Source: an uncultured Actinomycetota bacterium | GTDB lineage: Bacteria; Actinomycetota; Actinomycetes; JAHEKZ01 | Length of the DNA stretch: 64,000 bases | NCBI GenBank assembly: GCA_963718235.1 | Contig: CAVQYR010000001.1 | Coordinates: forward strand, 800,001 to 864,000 | Reading direction: 5' to 3' | Shown: piece after piece, positions 52,194 through 64,000 of the stretch | How positions within the stretch are numbered: position 1 is the first letter of the stretch | Layout of the letters: every line of letters starts with the position of its first letter | Notes under the pieces: generated by a model | Seen by the model: only the letters and a program-made list of their open reading frames with translations | The model's database searches: none | Told to the model about the DNA's origin: nothing | Made by a program: the position numbers and the translations under genes

Positions 52194-53066
52194 GTGCCCC
52201 TCAGTACGAGCCGGTGGGAGTAGCGGTGGACCACGGCCAGGCCGATGAGCAGCGTCACCAGCGAGATCACGATGGACAGTCCGAGTGCGGCGCCGGGGAT
52301 CTCGATGTCGGCCGCCTGGCTGGCTGACACCGTGGGTGCCCAGAAGGTCTCGCGCAGGCCCATCATGGCGATGGTCAGCGGGTTGGCCAGGAAGAGGGTG
52401 TACAGCGGACCGTCGCCCAGGGTCTCGGTGACGAGGTCGAGCGGGTAGAGCACCGGGCTGATCCAGTGGGTCATCGTGGCGACCAGCTCGACCCCGAAGG
52501 CCACGTCGCGGACGTAGGTGTTCCCGACGCTGAGGATCAGACCGAGCCCGACCAGGAAGATGGTGACCAGGAGGATGCCGCCGACGGCGTAGGGGACACC
52601 GACCAGGTGGTTGGGTCGCCAGCCGCTGAAGGCGGCCACCACGAGGAGGACGATGGTGGCCGGGCCGAGCCGCAGGATCTGGGCCAGGACCGCGGTCATC
52701 GGAACGAGCTCGCGGGGGAGGTTGACCCGCCGCAGGAGCGAGGTCGACCGGGCCATCGACTTGGTCCCGCTCTTCATTGCGGCGTTGAAGTACTGCACCA
52801 TGATCACGCCGCAGAAGACATAGATCGCGAAGTTGTCGACGCGTTCGCCTAGCCCGAGGACGACGCCCACGATGACCAGGTACATCAAGAACCTCGTGAC
52901 CGGCCTGGCGAACTCCCAGAAGACCCCGCCGAGCAAGGTCCCCTGGTAGCGCTCCCCGCGCTCGACCCGTACGAGGTGCCACAGCAGTCGGGGTCGACGC
53001 AGGGCGGCGATCAAGCCGCCGGTGCGCCAGGGCTCCCGCCAGGCGGGGGTGTCGACGGAGGCCTGA

Positions 53067-53077
<11 letters not shown>
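52181..53077 (-). CDS. Wzm/TagG-like ABC-2 permease for polysaccharide export
   Basis: RYQGTLLG..W, RDV, SPVLYP and NPL motifs with six TM segments. Confidence 0.88.
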
Positions 53078-56227
<3,150 letters not shown>

Positions 56228-57187
56228 TCAGCGGTCGTGCAGTGCAGAGGTGCCGGTGGGAACCCAGCGCGAACGGCGGATCCGGCGTGACTCCTGCCAG
56301 CCCTTGAGCAGGGCGCCGCTCCCCTTGAGCGTGTGCTCGACGTAGACCAGCCTGACCTCCTCCTTGGCGAAGGTGAGGGCAGTTCCCAGCGCGAAGCCGA
56401 CCGGCCGGTAGTGGCCCAGGTGCTTCAGGTAGTGGGCCATGTAGCCACGGTTGCGCATGACGTGGAACCGGAAGAGGTCCGAGGCATCGTTGAGGTGGCG
56501 CACGGCCAGCGACATCTGCCGTTGCTCGCGCTGCCGCTTCAGCGCGAAGTGGTCGACGTACACGACCTTGGTCACGCGAGAGGCCATCAACGCGTAGACG
56601 GCGTCGTCCCAGGTGATGAAGAAGCGTGGGTCGGGCGGACCGATCTGGCTGACCACGTCACGACTCACGAGCATTCCCTCGAAAACCCCCGAGTTGGTCT
56701 CGAAGACCTCCTCGCCGTCGGCGAACGGGTCCTTCAGGTAGGGCAGTGGGATACCGAGGGTCTCGTTGATCCGGGGCTGCCAGAAGAAGGGGCCTCCGTG
56801 GAAGTCGACCCTTCGACCGTGGATGCACCCCGACTCCCCTGCGTGGCGTAGCAGCCCTTCCAGGCCGTCCGGCAGGGCCGTGACGTCATCATCCATCAGC
56901 CAGAACCAGTCGTGGCCGTCGTTGTACGCCGCCACCACGCCGGCGTTGAACCCGCCGCTGCCACCGGTGTTCTCGGTCAGGTACAGCCGATGGACCCGAT
57001 CGACGTCGCCGTACTCGGCGTCGAGGAACTCCCGGGTGCCGTCGGTGCTGGCGTTGTCGACCACGTAGACCGCATCGAGCGGACGGGTCTGCTCGAGCAG
57101 GGTGGGAAGCAGCTCCTCGAGGTAGTCCTTGCGGTTGTACGTGACGACGACGGCCGCCACGGACCAACGGGAGGTCTCCTCAGCCAC
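56228..57187 (-). CDS. GT2 glycosyltransferase (GlfT1-like)
   Basis: VVVTYNR, VDNASTD, NTGGSGGF, WLMDDD and FFITWDD motifs. Confidence 0.88.
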   Translation of the reverse strand: MAEETSRWSVAAVVVTYNRKDYLEELLPTLLEQTRPLDAVYVVDNASTDGTREFLDAEYGDVDRVHRLYLTENTGGSGGFNAGVVAAYNDGHDWFWLMDDDVTALPDGLEGLLRHAGESGCIHGRRVDFHGGPFFWQPRINETLGIPLPYLKDPFADGEEVFETNSGVFEGMLVSRDVVSQIGPPDPRFFITWDDAVYALMASRVTKVVYVDHFALKRQREQRQMSLAVRHLNDASDLFRFHVMRNRGYMAHYLKHLGHYRPVGFALGTALTFAKEEVRLVYVEHTLKGSGALLKGWQESRRIRRSRWVPTGTSALHDR

Positions 57188-57193
57188 GGCGGG

Positions 57194-58636
57194 TCATCCG
57201 CAGATGTTCTCGTCGGCCGTGCGCACGCCGTCGCCGAGGTCGCGCGGGGTGCGCACGACGACCTCGTCGGCTCCTGGCCAGTCGTCGCCGACGACGACCT
57301 CGACGACCGAACCGAGGCCGGAGGCAGTGACCCGGGTGGCGTAGTCGAGGGCCGCGGAGACGGTGCGGGCGGAGTCCTCGGCGTACGCGGGGTCGTAGCG
57401 CACCACCGTGGTCGTGAACTTCTTGCTCTCGGCGTTGTCGACGCCGACCACGTCGTAGCCCAGGGCGACCAGCTCCTCGGCTGCGGCGCTGGCGGCGCCG
57501 TTCTTGCCTGACCCGTTCAGGACCCGGACCGAGATGGTCGACGGGTCGACCCTCAGCGGCTTGCCGTCGATGACCGTCGGCTTTGCGGTGGGTGGTGGGT
57601 AGGGGTCGTCGTTGCGGATGGCCGACCACAGGGCGTCGGTGCGCTCGGTGTCCCAGACGACGGTGTTCGGGTCGTCGGGGTTCGGGACCCACGGCGTGGT
57701 GACGAAGGTGATGTCCTTGGGGGGGATGCTGCGTACCTGCTCAGCGAGCTTGCGCAGGGCGTTCAGGCTGGCCAGCTGCGGGTCGGTCGTCACCGACTTC
57801 GTCGCGGCGTCCAGGAAGCGAACGAGCTTCACCGGGTTGAGCAGGGTGCCCGAGCTTCGGGCCTTCTCGACGACCGAGCTCATGAAGGCCTGCTGTCGGT
57901 CGATCCGGCTGATGTCACTGCCGTTGCCGATGTAGCGCGCCCGGACGAACGCCAGTGCCTGGTCGCCCCTCACGGTCGAGATGCCGGCCGGCAGGTCGAG
58001 CCTGCTCTTCTTCTCGTAGACGGCCTCGTTGAGGCAGACGTCGATCCCGCCCAGTGCATCGACCATGCCCTGGAACCCGCGGAAGTCGACCACCGCGAAG
58101 TGGTCGATGAAGACGTCGGTGAGGCTCTCGACGGTCTTGATGGTGCACCCCGGCCCACCGATCGAGAACGCAGCGTTGAACCGGGTCGTCTGCGCCGGGG
58201 AGCTCCCGCTCTCCGTCTTGCACTCGGGGATGTCCACCACGGTGTCGCGCGGGATGCTGACCACGGTCGCCGTCTTGCGGTCGGCCGGCAGGTGGACCAG
58301 GAGCGTGGTGTCCGACCGCGCGCCGGTGACCACCGAGCCGAAGTCGTCACCCTGGCCCTCGCGGGTGTCCGAGCCCATCACCAGGATGTTGAGCGGCTCC
58401 TCGGCCCCCTCCGACCGGGCGGCCTGGGTGGGGCGGTCGCTGCCGACGATCTCGGGGGTGAACACGTCGATCTCGCCGATGTTGCCGTCGAGCTTCTTGT
58501 AGATGACGAACGCGGCGATGCCGCCGCCGACGAACAGGAGCACGACGACCACGCCGAGGATCAGCGCGGTCCGGCGCAGGAGCGGGTGCCGCGAGGTGCG
58601 GGCGGCCGGCTCCGGTGCACCTGGTTCGGGCGTCAT
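57194..58636 (-). CDS. LCP family protein with LytR_C domain
   Basis: NILVMGSDTR, RSDTTLL, SIPRD, FVRAR, DISRIDRQQ and VLNGSG motifs. Confidence 0.93.
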   Translation of the reverse strand: MTPEPGAPEPAARTSRHPLLRRTALILGVVVVLLFVGGGIAAFVIYKKLDGNIGEIDVFTPEIVGSDRPTQAARSEGAEEPLNILVMGSDTREGQGDDFGSVVTGARSDTTLLVHLPADRKTATVVSIPRDTVVDIPECKTESGSSPAQTTRFNAAFSIGGPGCTIKTVESLTDVFIDHFAVVDFRGFQGMVDALGGIDVCLNEAVYEKKSRLDLPAGISTVRGDQALAFVRARYIGNGSDISRIDRQQAFMSSVVEKARSSGTLLNPVKLVRFLDAATKSVTTDPQLASLNALRKLAEQVRSIPPKDITFVTTPWVPNPDDPNTVVWDTERTDALWSAIRNDDPYPPPTAKPTVIDGKPLRVDPSTISVRVLNGSGKNGAASAAAEELVALGYDVVGVDNAESKKFTTTVVRYDPAYAEDSARTVSAALDYATRVTASGLGSVVEVVVGDDWPGADEVVVRTPRDLGDGVRTADENICG

Positions 58637-58643
58637 GGGGCTC

Positions 58644-59489
58644 CTACGAGGGCCGGTCGGGACGGCTGAAGGATACGGACCCCGGCGTGAGGACCCGAAT
58701 CCCCGGGGCCGGCGGCCGGCCGGGACGGGTGTCGAGGACGGCCGACACCTGTTCGGACGCCAAGCGTTGGACGAAGACGCTGGGTGAGGGGTTCCGGACC
58801 CAGACCACCGAGGCGTCGGCGGCCAGCGGGGCCCACAGCTCCGGTGCGGGGGGACCGGCCGGGCCCACGCTCTCGAGGTCGCCCACCCATGCGCCCTGGG
58901 CCAGCACCCGGTCGGCGCTGGACAGCGACCATCCGGCGGCGAGGGCGAGGCCCCGCTCGGCGGCCCCTACGCCTCCGGCCTCTTCGGCTCCCTCGGCACT
59001 GATGGTGGCGCCGACCGCGCCGAAGGGGTAGTGGTCGGGCTGTCCCCGGGCGGCGGCGAAGAAGTCGTGGACGAGGGGAGGCAGCGGGTCGGCGAACGGG
59101 GCGCCCATCGGCCGCATCGACACCGCCACGACCTCCTCCGCCGGCGGGAGGTGGTCCAGCCGCTCGGGACCGATCACCGCGACCGTTGCCTCCTGCCCGG
59201 GCTGGGCCAGTCGGGCGCCCACCGCGTCGACGGCGAGCCACCAGACGGCGGCGGTCCAGTGCCTGGGCAGGTCGACCAGGACGAGGGAGCCCGGTCCTGC
59301 GCCGAGGTCGTCGGCCAGGAGGTGGGAGCACTTGGCGACCCAGGTGCTCAGCGTCGAGCCGGACAGCTCGACCCGCTCACCGGTCGCGTCGTCGTACCAC
59401 GTGACCCGCGGCCGGGCGCCGTCGCGCCTCGTCGCCTCGACGAACAGACCCACCGGCGTCGTCGGTCGTGGGCTCCCGGGAGTGGGCAT
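58644..59489 (-). CDS. TIGR03089 family actinobacterial protein (acyl-CoA synthetase N-terminal-like)
   Basis: PRVTWYDDATGERVELSG..L..WVAK, LPRHW and APLAADASVV. Usual position beside LCP genes. Confidence 0.85.
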   Translation of the reverse strand: MPTPGSPRPTTPVGLFVEATRRDGARPRVTWYDDATGERVELSGSTLSTWVAKCSHLLADDLGAGPGSLVLVDLPRHWTAAVWWLAVDAVGARLAQPGQEATVAVIGPERLDHLPPAEEVVAVSMRPMGAPFADPLPPLVHDFFAAARGQPDHYPFGAVGATISAEGAEEAGGVGAAERGLALAAGWSLSSADRVLAQGAWVGDLESVGPAGPPAPELWAPLAADASVVWVRNPSPSVFVQRLASEQVSAVLDTRPGRPPAPGIRVLTPGSVSFSRPDRPS

Positions 59490-59515
59490 GGCGCAAGGGT
59501 AGGTTGGCCAGGGTT

Positions 59516-59550
59516 GGTCCACGGGGGTGGTCTACGGGTCGGTCCACGGG
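59516..59550. repeat. three direct repeats GGTC(C/T)ACGGG in a divergent promoter region
   Basis: Copies at 59516-59525, 59529-59538 and 59541-59550. Confidence 0.7.
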
Positions 59551-59551
59551 T

Positions 59552-59578
59552 TCAGGACCCGGGCGGCCCGGCCGATGC
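59552..59578 (+). promoter_or_regulatory. sigma-28-like promoter TCAG-N15-GCCGATGC
   Basis: TCAG at 59552-59555 and GCCGAT at 59571-59576, upstream of the amidase. Confidence 0.45.
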
Positions 59579-59671
59579 TCCAAGGGTCGTTCGTCGGGCT
59601 AGGCGTTCGACACGGTCCGGCTCCTCGCTCCTTTCCTCGCTGCTCCTGCTCGGTCCTCCCCTCGCAGAAAG

Positions 59672-62305
59672 GTGCACCCGGTGCGTCTGCGCCTTCCCCT
59701 CGGCGCCCTGTTCGCCTCCATGCTCGTCGTGCCCACGGTCGTCGTGGTCGCGCCGACGGTCACCGCGGTGCGCTCCGAGCCACGCCCGGTTGCTCCGTCG
59801 CTGACGACGCTGCCGCTGGCCGGGGTCGACGCCTCGGCGCTGCGCACGGCGACCGTGCCGACGCAGGTGACGCGCACCGCCGCCGCCCGTCGGGCCCCTG
59901 CGGTGCTGACCGCACCGCTGCCCACCGACGACTACCAGATGGCCGCGGTCACCTGGGACCCCGTGCGGCGACCGGCCGACGTGCTGGTCTCGCTGCGCTA
60001 CCGCACCGACGCCGGGTGGAGTGACTGGGTCGACCTGGGCGGTTCCGACCCCGACGCCCAGGCCTCCGGACCGGAGGCGAAGGGTGTGCTGCGCCAGGGC
60101 AGCGTCCCGTACTTCACCGGACCGGCCGACGGCGTCCAGGTCCGGGTCGACCAGGCTGACCCGAGCTCCCCGCTGCCGGACGGCCTGCGGATCGACCTGA
60201 TCGACCCGGGCACCTCGGCCGCGGACGCCCAGGTGGCCGCCGCCGACCCGGCGTCCTCCGCCGTGGCCGGGTCGCGCAACCCCGACATCATCACCCGGGC
60301 CGAGTGGGGGGCCGACGAGTCGCTGCGCGCGAAGAACCTCGACATGAGCAGGACGGTGAAGGTGGCCTTCGTCCACCACACCGTCGGCACCAGCAACTAC
60401 TCGCCGTCGCAAGGCCCGGCCCAGGTCCGCTCCCTGTACGCGTACTACGTGAACAGCCTCGGCTACTCCGACATGGGCTACAACTTCCTCGTCGACAAGT
60501 ACGGGCGGATCTACGAGGGTCGCGCGGGAAGCATCACCACCTCGGTGCGCCAGGCGGCGACCGGAGGCTTCAACCCCGACACCATGGCCGTGGCCGCCAT
60601 GGGCAACTTCATGGAGATCCCGGCGTCGGACGCGATGGTGACCTCGATCGGTCGGCTGCTCGGGTTCCGGCTGGCGAGCTACCACCGCAACCCGGTCGGC
60701 AAGCGAACCCTGGTCGCCGAGGACGGGTCGTCGCGCTACTCGGCGGGGGACAAGGCCGTCTTCAACGTCATCTCCGGGCACCGAGACGCCGGGTTCACCG
60801 CCTGCCCGGGCAACCATCTGTACCTGCGGATCCCGCGGATCCGGAAGGTCGCCAAGCACTGGATGGGCGCCAACCTGGTCGAGCCCCGGGTCAGCGGCGC
60901 GGTCGTGTCCTACGGGCGGAACGCATCCGTACGGGTCCGTTCCGCCGTGCTGGAGCAGCAACGCTGGGAGCTGACCATCACCCAGGGCTGCACCCAGCGG
61001 GTCGTCCGCCGGTACTCGGGCACGGCCGCCCCGGGTGACCCGATCGCCGTCCGCTGGCGCGGTACCGATGCCGACGGCCGAGCCGTGCCCGCCGGTCAGT
61101 ACGTGCTGCGGCTCACCAGCGAGAACGACAACTCCCGCTCGGTCCCGTGGGTGAGTCGTGCCTACCTCCAGGTGGGTGCGCCCGCGGCCCGGGCCACGGG
61201 TCGGGGAACCGGCCGGGCAGCCGCGCCGGCCGGACAGTTCGTCCCCCTGGCCCCGACCCGACTGGCGAACAGCGCCACGGGCGCTGGACTCGCGGCCCCG
61301 CTGATGCTGGGGCGTGGTGACCGGGTCGACATCCCGGTCCTCGGCCGGGGCGGTGTGCCCGACACGGGGGTCACCGCCGTGGCTTTGTCCGTCCAGGCGT
61401 CGTGCGTGAGCCGGTCGACGGCCCTGTCGGTCCTCCCGGCCGGGTCCGGTGGGTCCGGCGGCGCTGTCGTGCAGGTCGCGCCGGGGCAGGTACGCAGGGG
61501 CACCGCCGTCGTCGGCGTCGGCGCCGGTGGTGCCGTCTCGGTGACCAACCGGCTCGGCGCCGCCTCGTTCTCGGTCGACGTGACCGGCTACTGGACGACG
61601 ACCGGCGGCACCCAGTACGCCCCCGTCCCTCCCCGCTCGGTGCTAGGGGCGGGTGGCGGAGTGGTCCTCGACCCGGGCGGAACCACGTTCACCGTCACTG
61701 GGCGGGCGGGCGTTCCCGCGGACGCCCGGGCCGTGGTGCTGAACGTCCGGCAACGGGCGGACACCCAGGCCACAGCGCTGTCGCTGCGTGGCGCCGGTGC
61801 CAGCGCCCGACGCTCGGTCCCGGTCACCGCGGTGCCTGGGCGCGCGAACGCGTCGCGGGTCGTGGTGCCGGTCGGTGCTGGGGGAGCGGTCCGGATCGGC
61901 GGGAACGGGTCGGCCCGGGTCTCGGTCGACGTCGCCGGCTACTTCGGCCCGGCCGCCGGTGCGGAGTACCACGCGGTGGCGCCCCGTCGGCTCACGCCCG
62001 ACCGACAGCGGCTGGGCCGTGACGACGTCGTCTCGGTCACCATCGGTGGTCGGGCCGGTGTCCCGTCCACGGGGGTCGACGCGGTCGTGCTGCAGGTGAC
62101 GGGCAGCCGGGCCAGCGCGGGCACCGCGGTCACCGTCACTCCGTCAGGGGTGCCGCGGTACGCGGTCGCCGACCTCCTCGTGCCCCGGAGGACCTCGCGC
62201 ACGAACCTCGTGGTGGTGCCGGTCGGCCGAAAGGACGCCGTGCGGGTCTACAACGCCAAAGGGCGGCTGGGGGTCCAGGTGGACGTCGTCGGCTGGTTCG
62301 GCTGA
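59672..62305 (+). CDS. secreted N-acetylmuramoyl-L-alanine amidase (PGRP/Amidase_2) with FlgD-like Ig domain and three C-terminal cell-surface repeats
   Basis: Signal peptide, IITRAEWGADE, FVHHT, DMGYNFLVD, ISGHRD and TACPG. WRGTDADGRAVPAGQY marks the FlgD-like domain. The three repeats each end in VDV.G(Y/W). Confidence 0.88.
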   Translation: MHPVRLRLPLGALFASMLVVPTVVVVAPTVTAVRSEPRPVAPSLTTLPLAGVDASALRTATVPTQVTRTAAARRAPAVLTAPLPTDDYQMAAVTWDPVRRPADVLVSLRYRTDAGWSDWVDLGGSDPDAQASGPEAKGVLRQGSVPYFTGPADGVQVRVDQADPSSPLPDGLRIDLIDPGTSAADAQVAAADPASSAVAGSRNPDIITRAEWGADESLRAKNLDMSRTVKVAFVHHTVGTSNYSPSQGPAQVRSLYAYYVNSLGYSDMGYNFLVDKYGRIYEGRAGSITTSVRQAATGGFNPDTMAVAAMGNFMEIPASDAMVTSIGRLLGFRLASYHRNPVGKRTLVAEDGSSRYSAGDKAVFNVISGHRDAGFTACPGNHLYLRIPRIRKVAKHWMGANLVEPRVSGAVVSYGRNASVRVRSAVLEQQRWELTITQGCTQRVVRRYSGTAAPGDPIAVRWRGTDADGRAVPAGQYVLRLTSENDNSRSVPWVSRAYLQVGAPAARATGRGTGRAAAPAGQFVPLAPTRLANSATGAGLAAPLMLGRGDRVDIPVLGRGGVPDTGVTAVALSVQASCVSRSTALSVLPAGSGGSGGAVVQVAPGQVRRGTAVVGVGAGGAVSVTNRLGAASFSVDVTGYWTTTGGTQYAPVPPRSVLGAGGGVVLDPGGTTFTVTGRAGVPADARAVVLNVRQRADTQATALSLRGAGASARRSVPVTAVPGRANASRVVVPVGAGGAVRIGGNGSARVSVDVAGYFGPAAGAEYHAVAPRRLTPDRQRLGRDDVVSVTIGGRAGVPSTGVDAVVLQVTGSRASAGTAVTVTPSGVPRYAVADLLVPRRTSRTNLVVVPVGRKDAVRVYNAKGRLGVQVDVVGWFG

Positions 62306-62360
62306 GCCGGCTGCGGCCCCCGGGGGGCGGAACGTCTGGGACTGGTGGCACGCCTGTGAC

Positions 62361-62388
62361 TCAGGTGACGGGAGGAACCTGCCGACGG
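62361..62388 (+). promoter_or_regulatory. sigma-28-like promoter TCAG-N16-GCCGACGG
   Basis: CTCAG at 62360-62364 and GCCGAC at 62381-62386, with the ATG at 62396. Confidence 0.5.
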
Positions 62389-62395
62389 GGTAGGA

Positions 62396-63709
62396 ATGAC
62401 CCCTCGTCCCCGGCCGCTGCGCGCCCAGCTGTCGGCCCAGTCGTCGGCCCAGCTGTCGGCTGGACGATGCCTCACCGTCATGGCTGCGGTGACGCTCATG
62501 GCCGCCACCGTTCTGGTCGGCGGCGCGAGCGCCCAGGCAAGTGCACCCGCGAAGGAGCACTACCCGGTGCCCAAGAGCGGGGTCTTCACCCTCGCCGGCC
62601 GCGGCTTCGGCCACGGCATCGGCATGTCGCAGTTCGGGGCCGAGGGCATGGGCCGCCTCGGCAAGGGCTACCGGCAGATCCTGCGCTTCTACTACCCCGG
62701 GACGACGCTGCGGACCGGGCCGACCGATCGCACGATCGTGGTCGAGCTGTCCGCCGCCGACCGGGTGGCCGGGGGCCGGCCGACGGTGGTCCTGCGCGCG
62801 GTGGACGGTCTCCGGCTGGCTACGACGAGCGGAACGCTGACCCCTCCGGCACAGGTCGGCGGGGCCGTGGTCAGGACCGTTCAGGTCACTTCGGTCGGGC
62901 ATCGCCTCACGGTGCGGGCGAGCTCGGCGGCCGGGAAGACCACGCTCGCCGCCCACCTGCGCGGCACGGTACGTGCGCACACCGGCGCAGTCCGCACGCG
63001 TAGCGCGGTTGGCGTCGTCGCCGGGCGCGGGGACACGACCCGCTACCGAGGCTTCGTCACCGTGCGCCGGGCCGGCGGAGGGTTGCAGGTCCTCAACGAC
63101 GTGCTGCTGGAGGACTACCTTCGAGCCGTCGTCAGCGCGGAGGTTCCTGGGGGCTGGACCATGGCGGCCTACCGCGCCCAGGCAGTCGCCGCCCGTTCCT
63201 ACGCGCTGCTCAGCCAGCGGACCGCACGGTCGAGCGGTCGCGCGTACGACATCTGTGACACCACGTGGTGCCAGGCCTACGGCGGGACCCGTTGGGAGAC
63301 GAGCGAGGAGGCCCAGGCGGTGCGTGACACCGCGGGCCAGTACCTGGAGAGCGGTGGTGCGCCCGCGTTCACCCAGTTCTCGTCGTCCAACGGCGGGTAC
63401 AGCGTGGCCGGCACCCAGGACTACCTGGTCGCCCGGCCCGACCCCTACGACGGCGTCGTCAAGGGTGCGGCCAACTGGGGGCACTCCTGGTCGACCACGG
63501 TCAGTGCGAGCCGGATCGAGAGTGCCTGGTCGCAGATCGGGAGCCTGCGCACGCTGCGCGTGGTCGAGCGAGACGGGCACGGCCGGTTCGGTGGACGGGT
63601 CCAGGTCGTCGCGCTCGTCGGGTCCGCGGGAAAGGTGCGGGTCTCCGGCGACACCTTCCGGTCGGTCCTGGGGCTCAAGAGCACGTGGTGGACGGTCACC
63701 AGGGCCTGA
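62396..63709 (+). CDS. SpoIID/LytB domain protein (secreted lytic transglycosylase-like)
   Basis: GRGFGHGIGMSQFGA, ILRFYYPG, EDYLRAVVSAE, AQAVAARSYA, CDTTWCQAY and GLKST. Confidence 0.92.
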   Translation: MTPRPRPLRAQLSAQSSAQLSAGRCLTVMAAVTLMAATVLVGGASAQASAPAKEHYPVPKSGVFTLAGRGFGHGIGMSQFGAEGMGRLGKGYRQILRFYYPGTTLRTGPTDRTIVVELSAADRVAGGRPTVVLRAVDGLRLATTSGTLTPPAQVGGAVVRTVQVTSVGHRLTVRASSAAGKTTLAAHLRGTVRAHTGAVRTRSAVGVVAGRGDTTRYRGFVTVRRAGGGLQVLNDVLLEDYLRAVVSAEVPGGWTMAAYRAQAVAARSYALLSQRTARSSGRAYDICDTTWCQAYGGTRWETSEEAQAVRDTAGQYLESGGAPAFTQFSSSNGGYSVAGTQDYLVARPDPYDGVVKGAANWGHSWSTTVSASRIESAWSQIGSLRTLRVVERDGHGRFGGRVQVVALVGSAGKVRVSGDTFRSVLGLKSTWWTVTRA

Positions 63710-63761
63710 CCCGCTCCCTGCGCGTCCGGCGCCGATCCTGCGACGTCGTAGGGTTCCCGGC

Positions 63762-64000
63762 ATGTCCGCCGAGGCCGTCCTGCTCGTGGGCGGCCAGGGC
63801 ACCCGCCTGAGGCCGCTCACGCTCACCACCCCAAAGCAGATGCTGCCCGTCGCCGGGCTCCCCCTGCTGACCCATCAGATCGTCAAGCTGCGCAACGCCG
63901 GAGTGGCTCACGTCGTGCTGGCGACGTCGTACCGGTCCGAGGTGTTCAGCGAGCACTTCGGGTCCGGAGAGGCGCTGGGTGTCCGGATCACCTACGTCGT
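63762..64000 (+). CDS. NDP-sugar pyrophosphorylase (mannose-1-phosphate guanylyltransferase-like), 5' partial
   Basis: MSAEAVLLVGGQGTRLRPLTLTTPKQMLPVAG..LATSY runs off the window end. TAGGGT lies 7 nt upstream. Not in the ORF track. Confidence 0.9.
   Translation, partial: MSAEAVLLVGGQGTRLRPLTLTTPKQMLPVAGLPLLTHQIVKLRNAGVAHVVLATSYRSEVFSEHFGSGEALGVRITYV

Noticed and set aside
62423-62458. 12-bp repeat x3 (GCCCAG[CT/TC]GTCG) in the SpoIID signal region
   Set aside because: A short in-frame duplication in a low-constraint N-terminus, with no sign of function.

Overview
This is a high-GC actinobacterial chromosomal segment. Gene content and order resemble the Streptomyces/Mycobacterium lpdA-acc-birA-purKE-LCP-manB core region; finer taxonomy cannot be fixed from the window. 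Left to right it holds: (1) the tail of a sugar-modification cluster with methyltransferases, an epimerase-DegT aminotransferase fusion and an Alg14 + Alg13-methyltransferase pair; (2) amine and acyl-CoA catabolism genes, HtrA, methylmalonyl-CoA mutase, deoA/add and two flavin amine oxidases; (3) pmm-ggct-lpdA-amidase; (4) a biotin carboxylase locus (accA, maf, two beta/epsilon pairs, birA) interleaved with three paralogous GAF-GGDEF proteins that share an extra conserved C-terminal domain; (5) a two-component system, gtrA, purKE and udg; (6) a galactofuranan cell-wall locus (glf, glfT2, GT2, Wzm, a degenerate Wzt, four tandem sulfotransferase-fold genes, two LCP ligases); (7) peptidoglycan hydrolases and the start of an NDP-sugar pyrophosphorylase. 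The most notable non-coding signals are a recurring sigma-28 (FliA/WhiG)-like motif, TCA(A/G)-N15-17-GCCGA, upstream of two diguanylate cyclases, two wall hydrolases and possibly an orphan gene, plus a near-perfect IdeR/DtxR box upstream of a stand-alone EfeO-type cupredoxin lipoprotein. Several single-base frameshifts in otherwise intact genes look like assembly errors. I saw no rRNA, tRNA, CRISPR array or mobile element.
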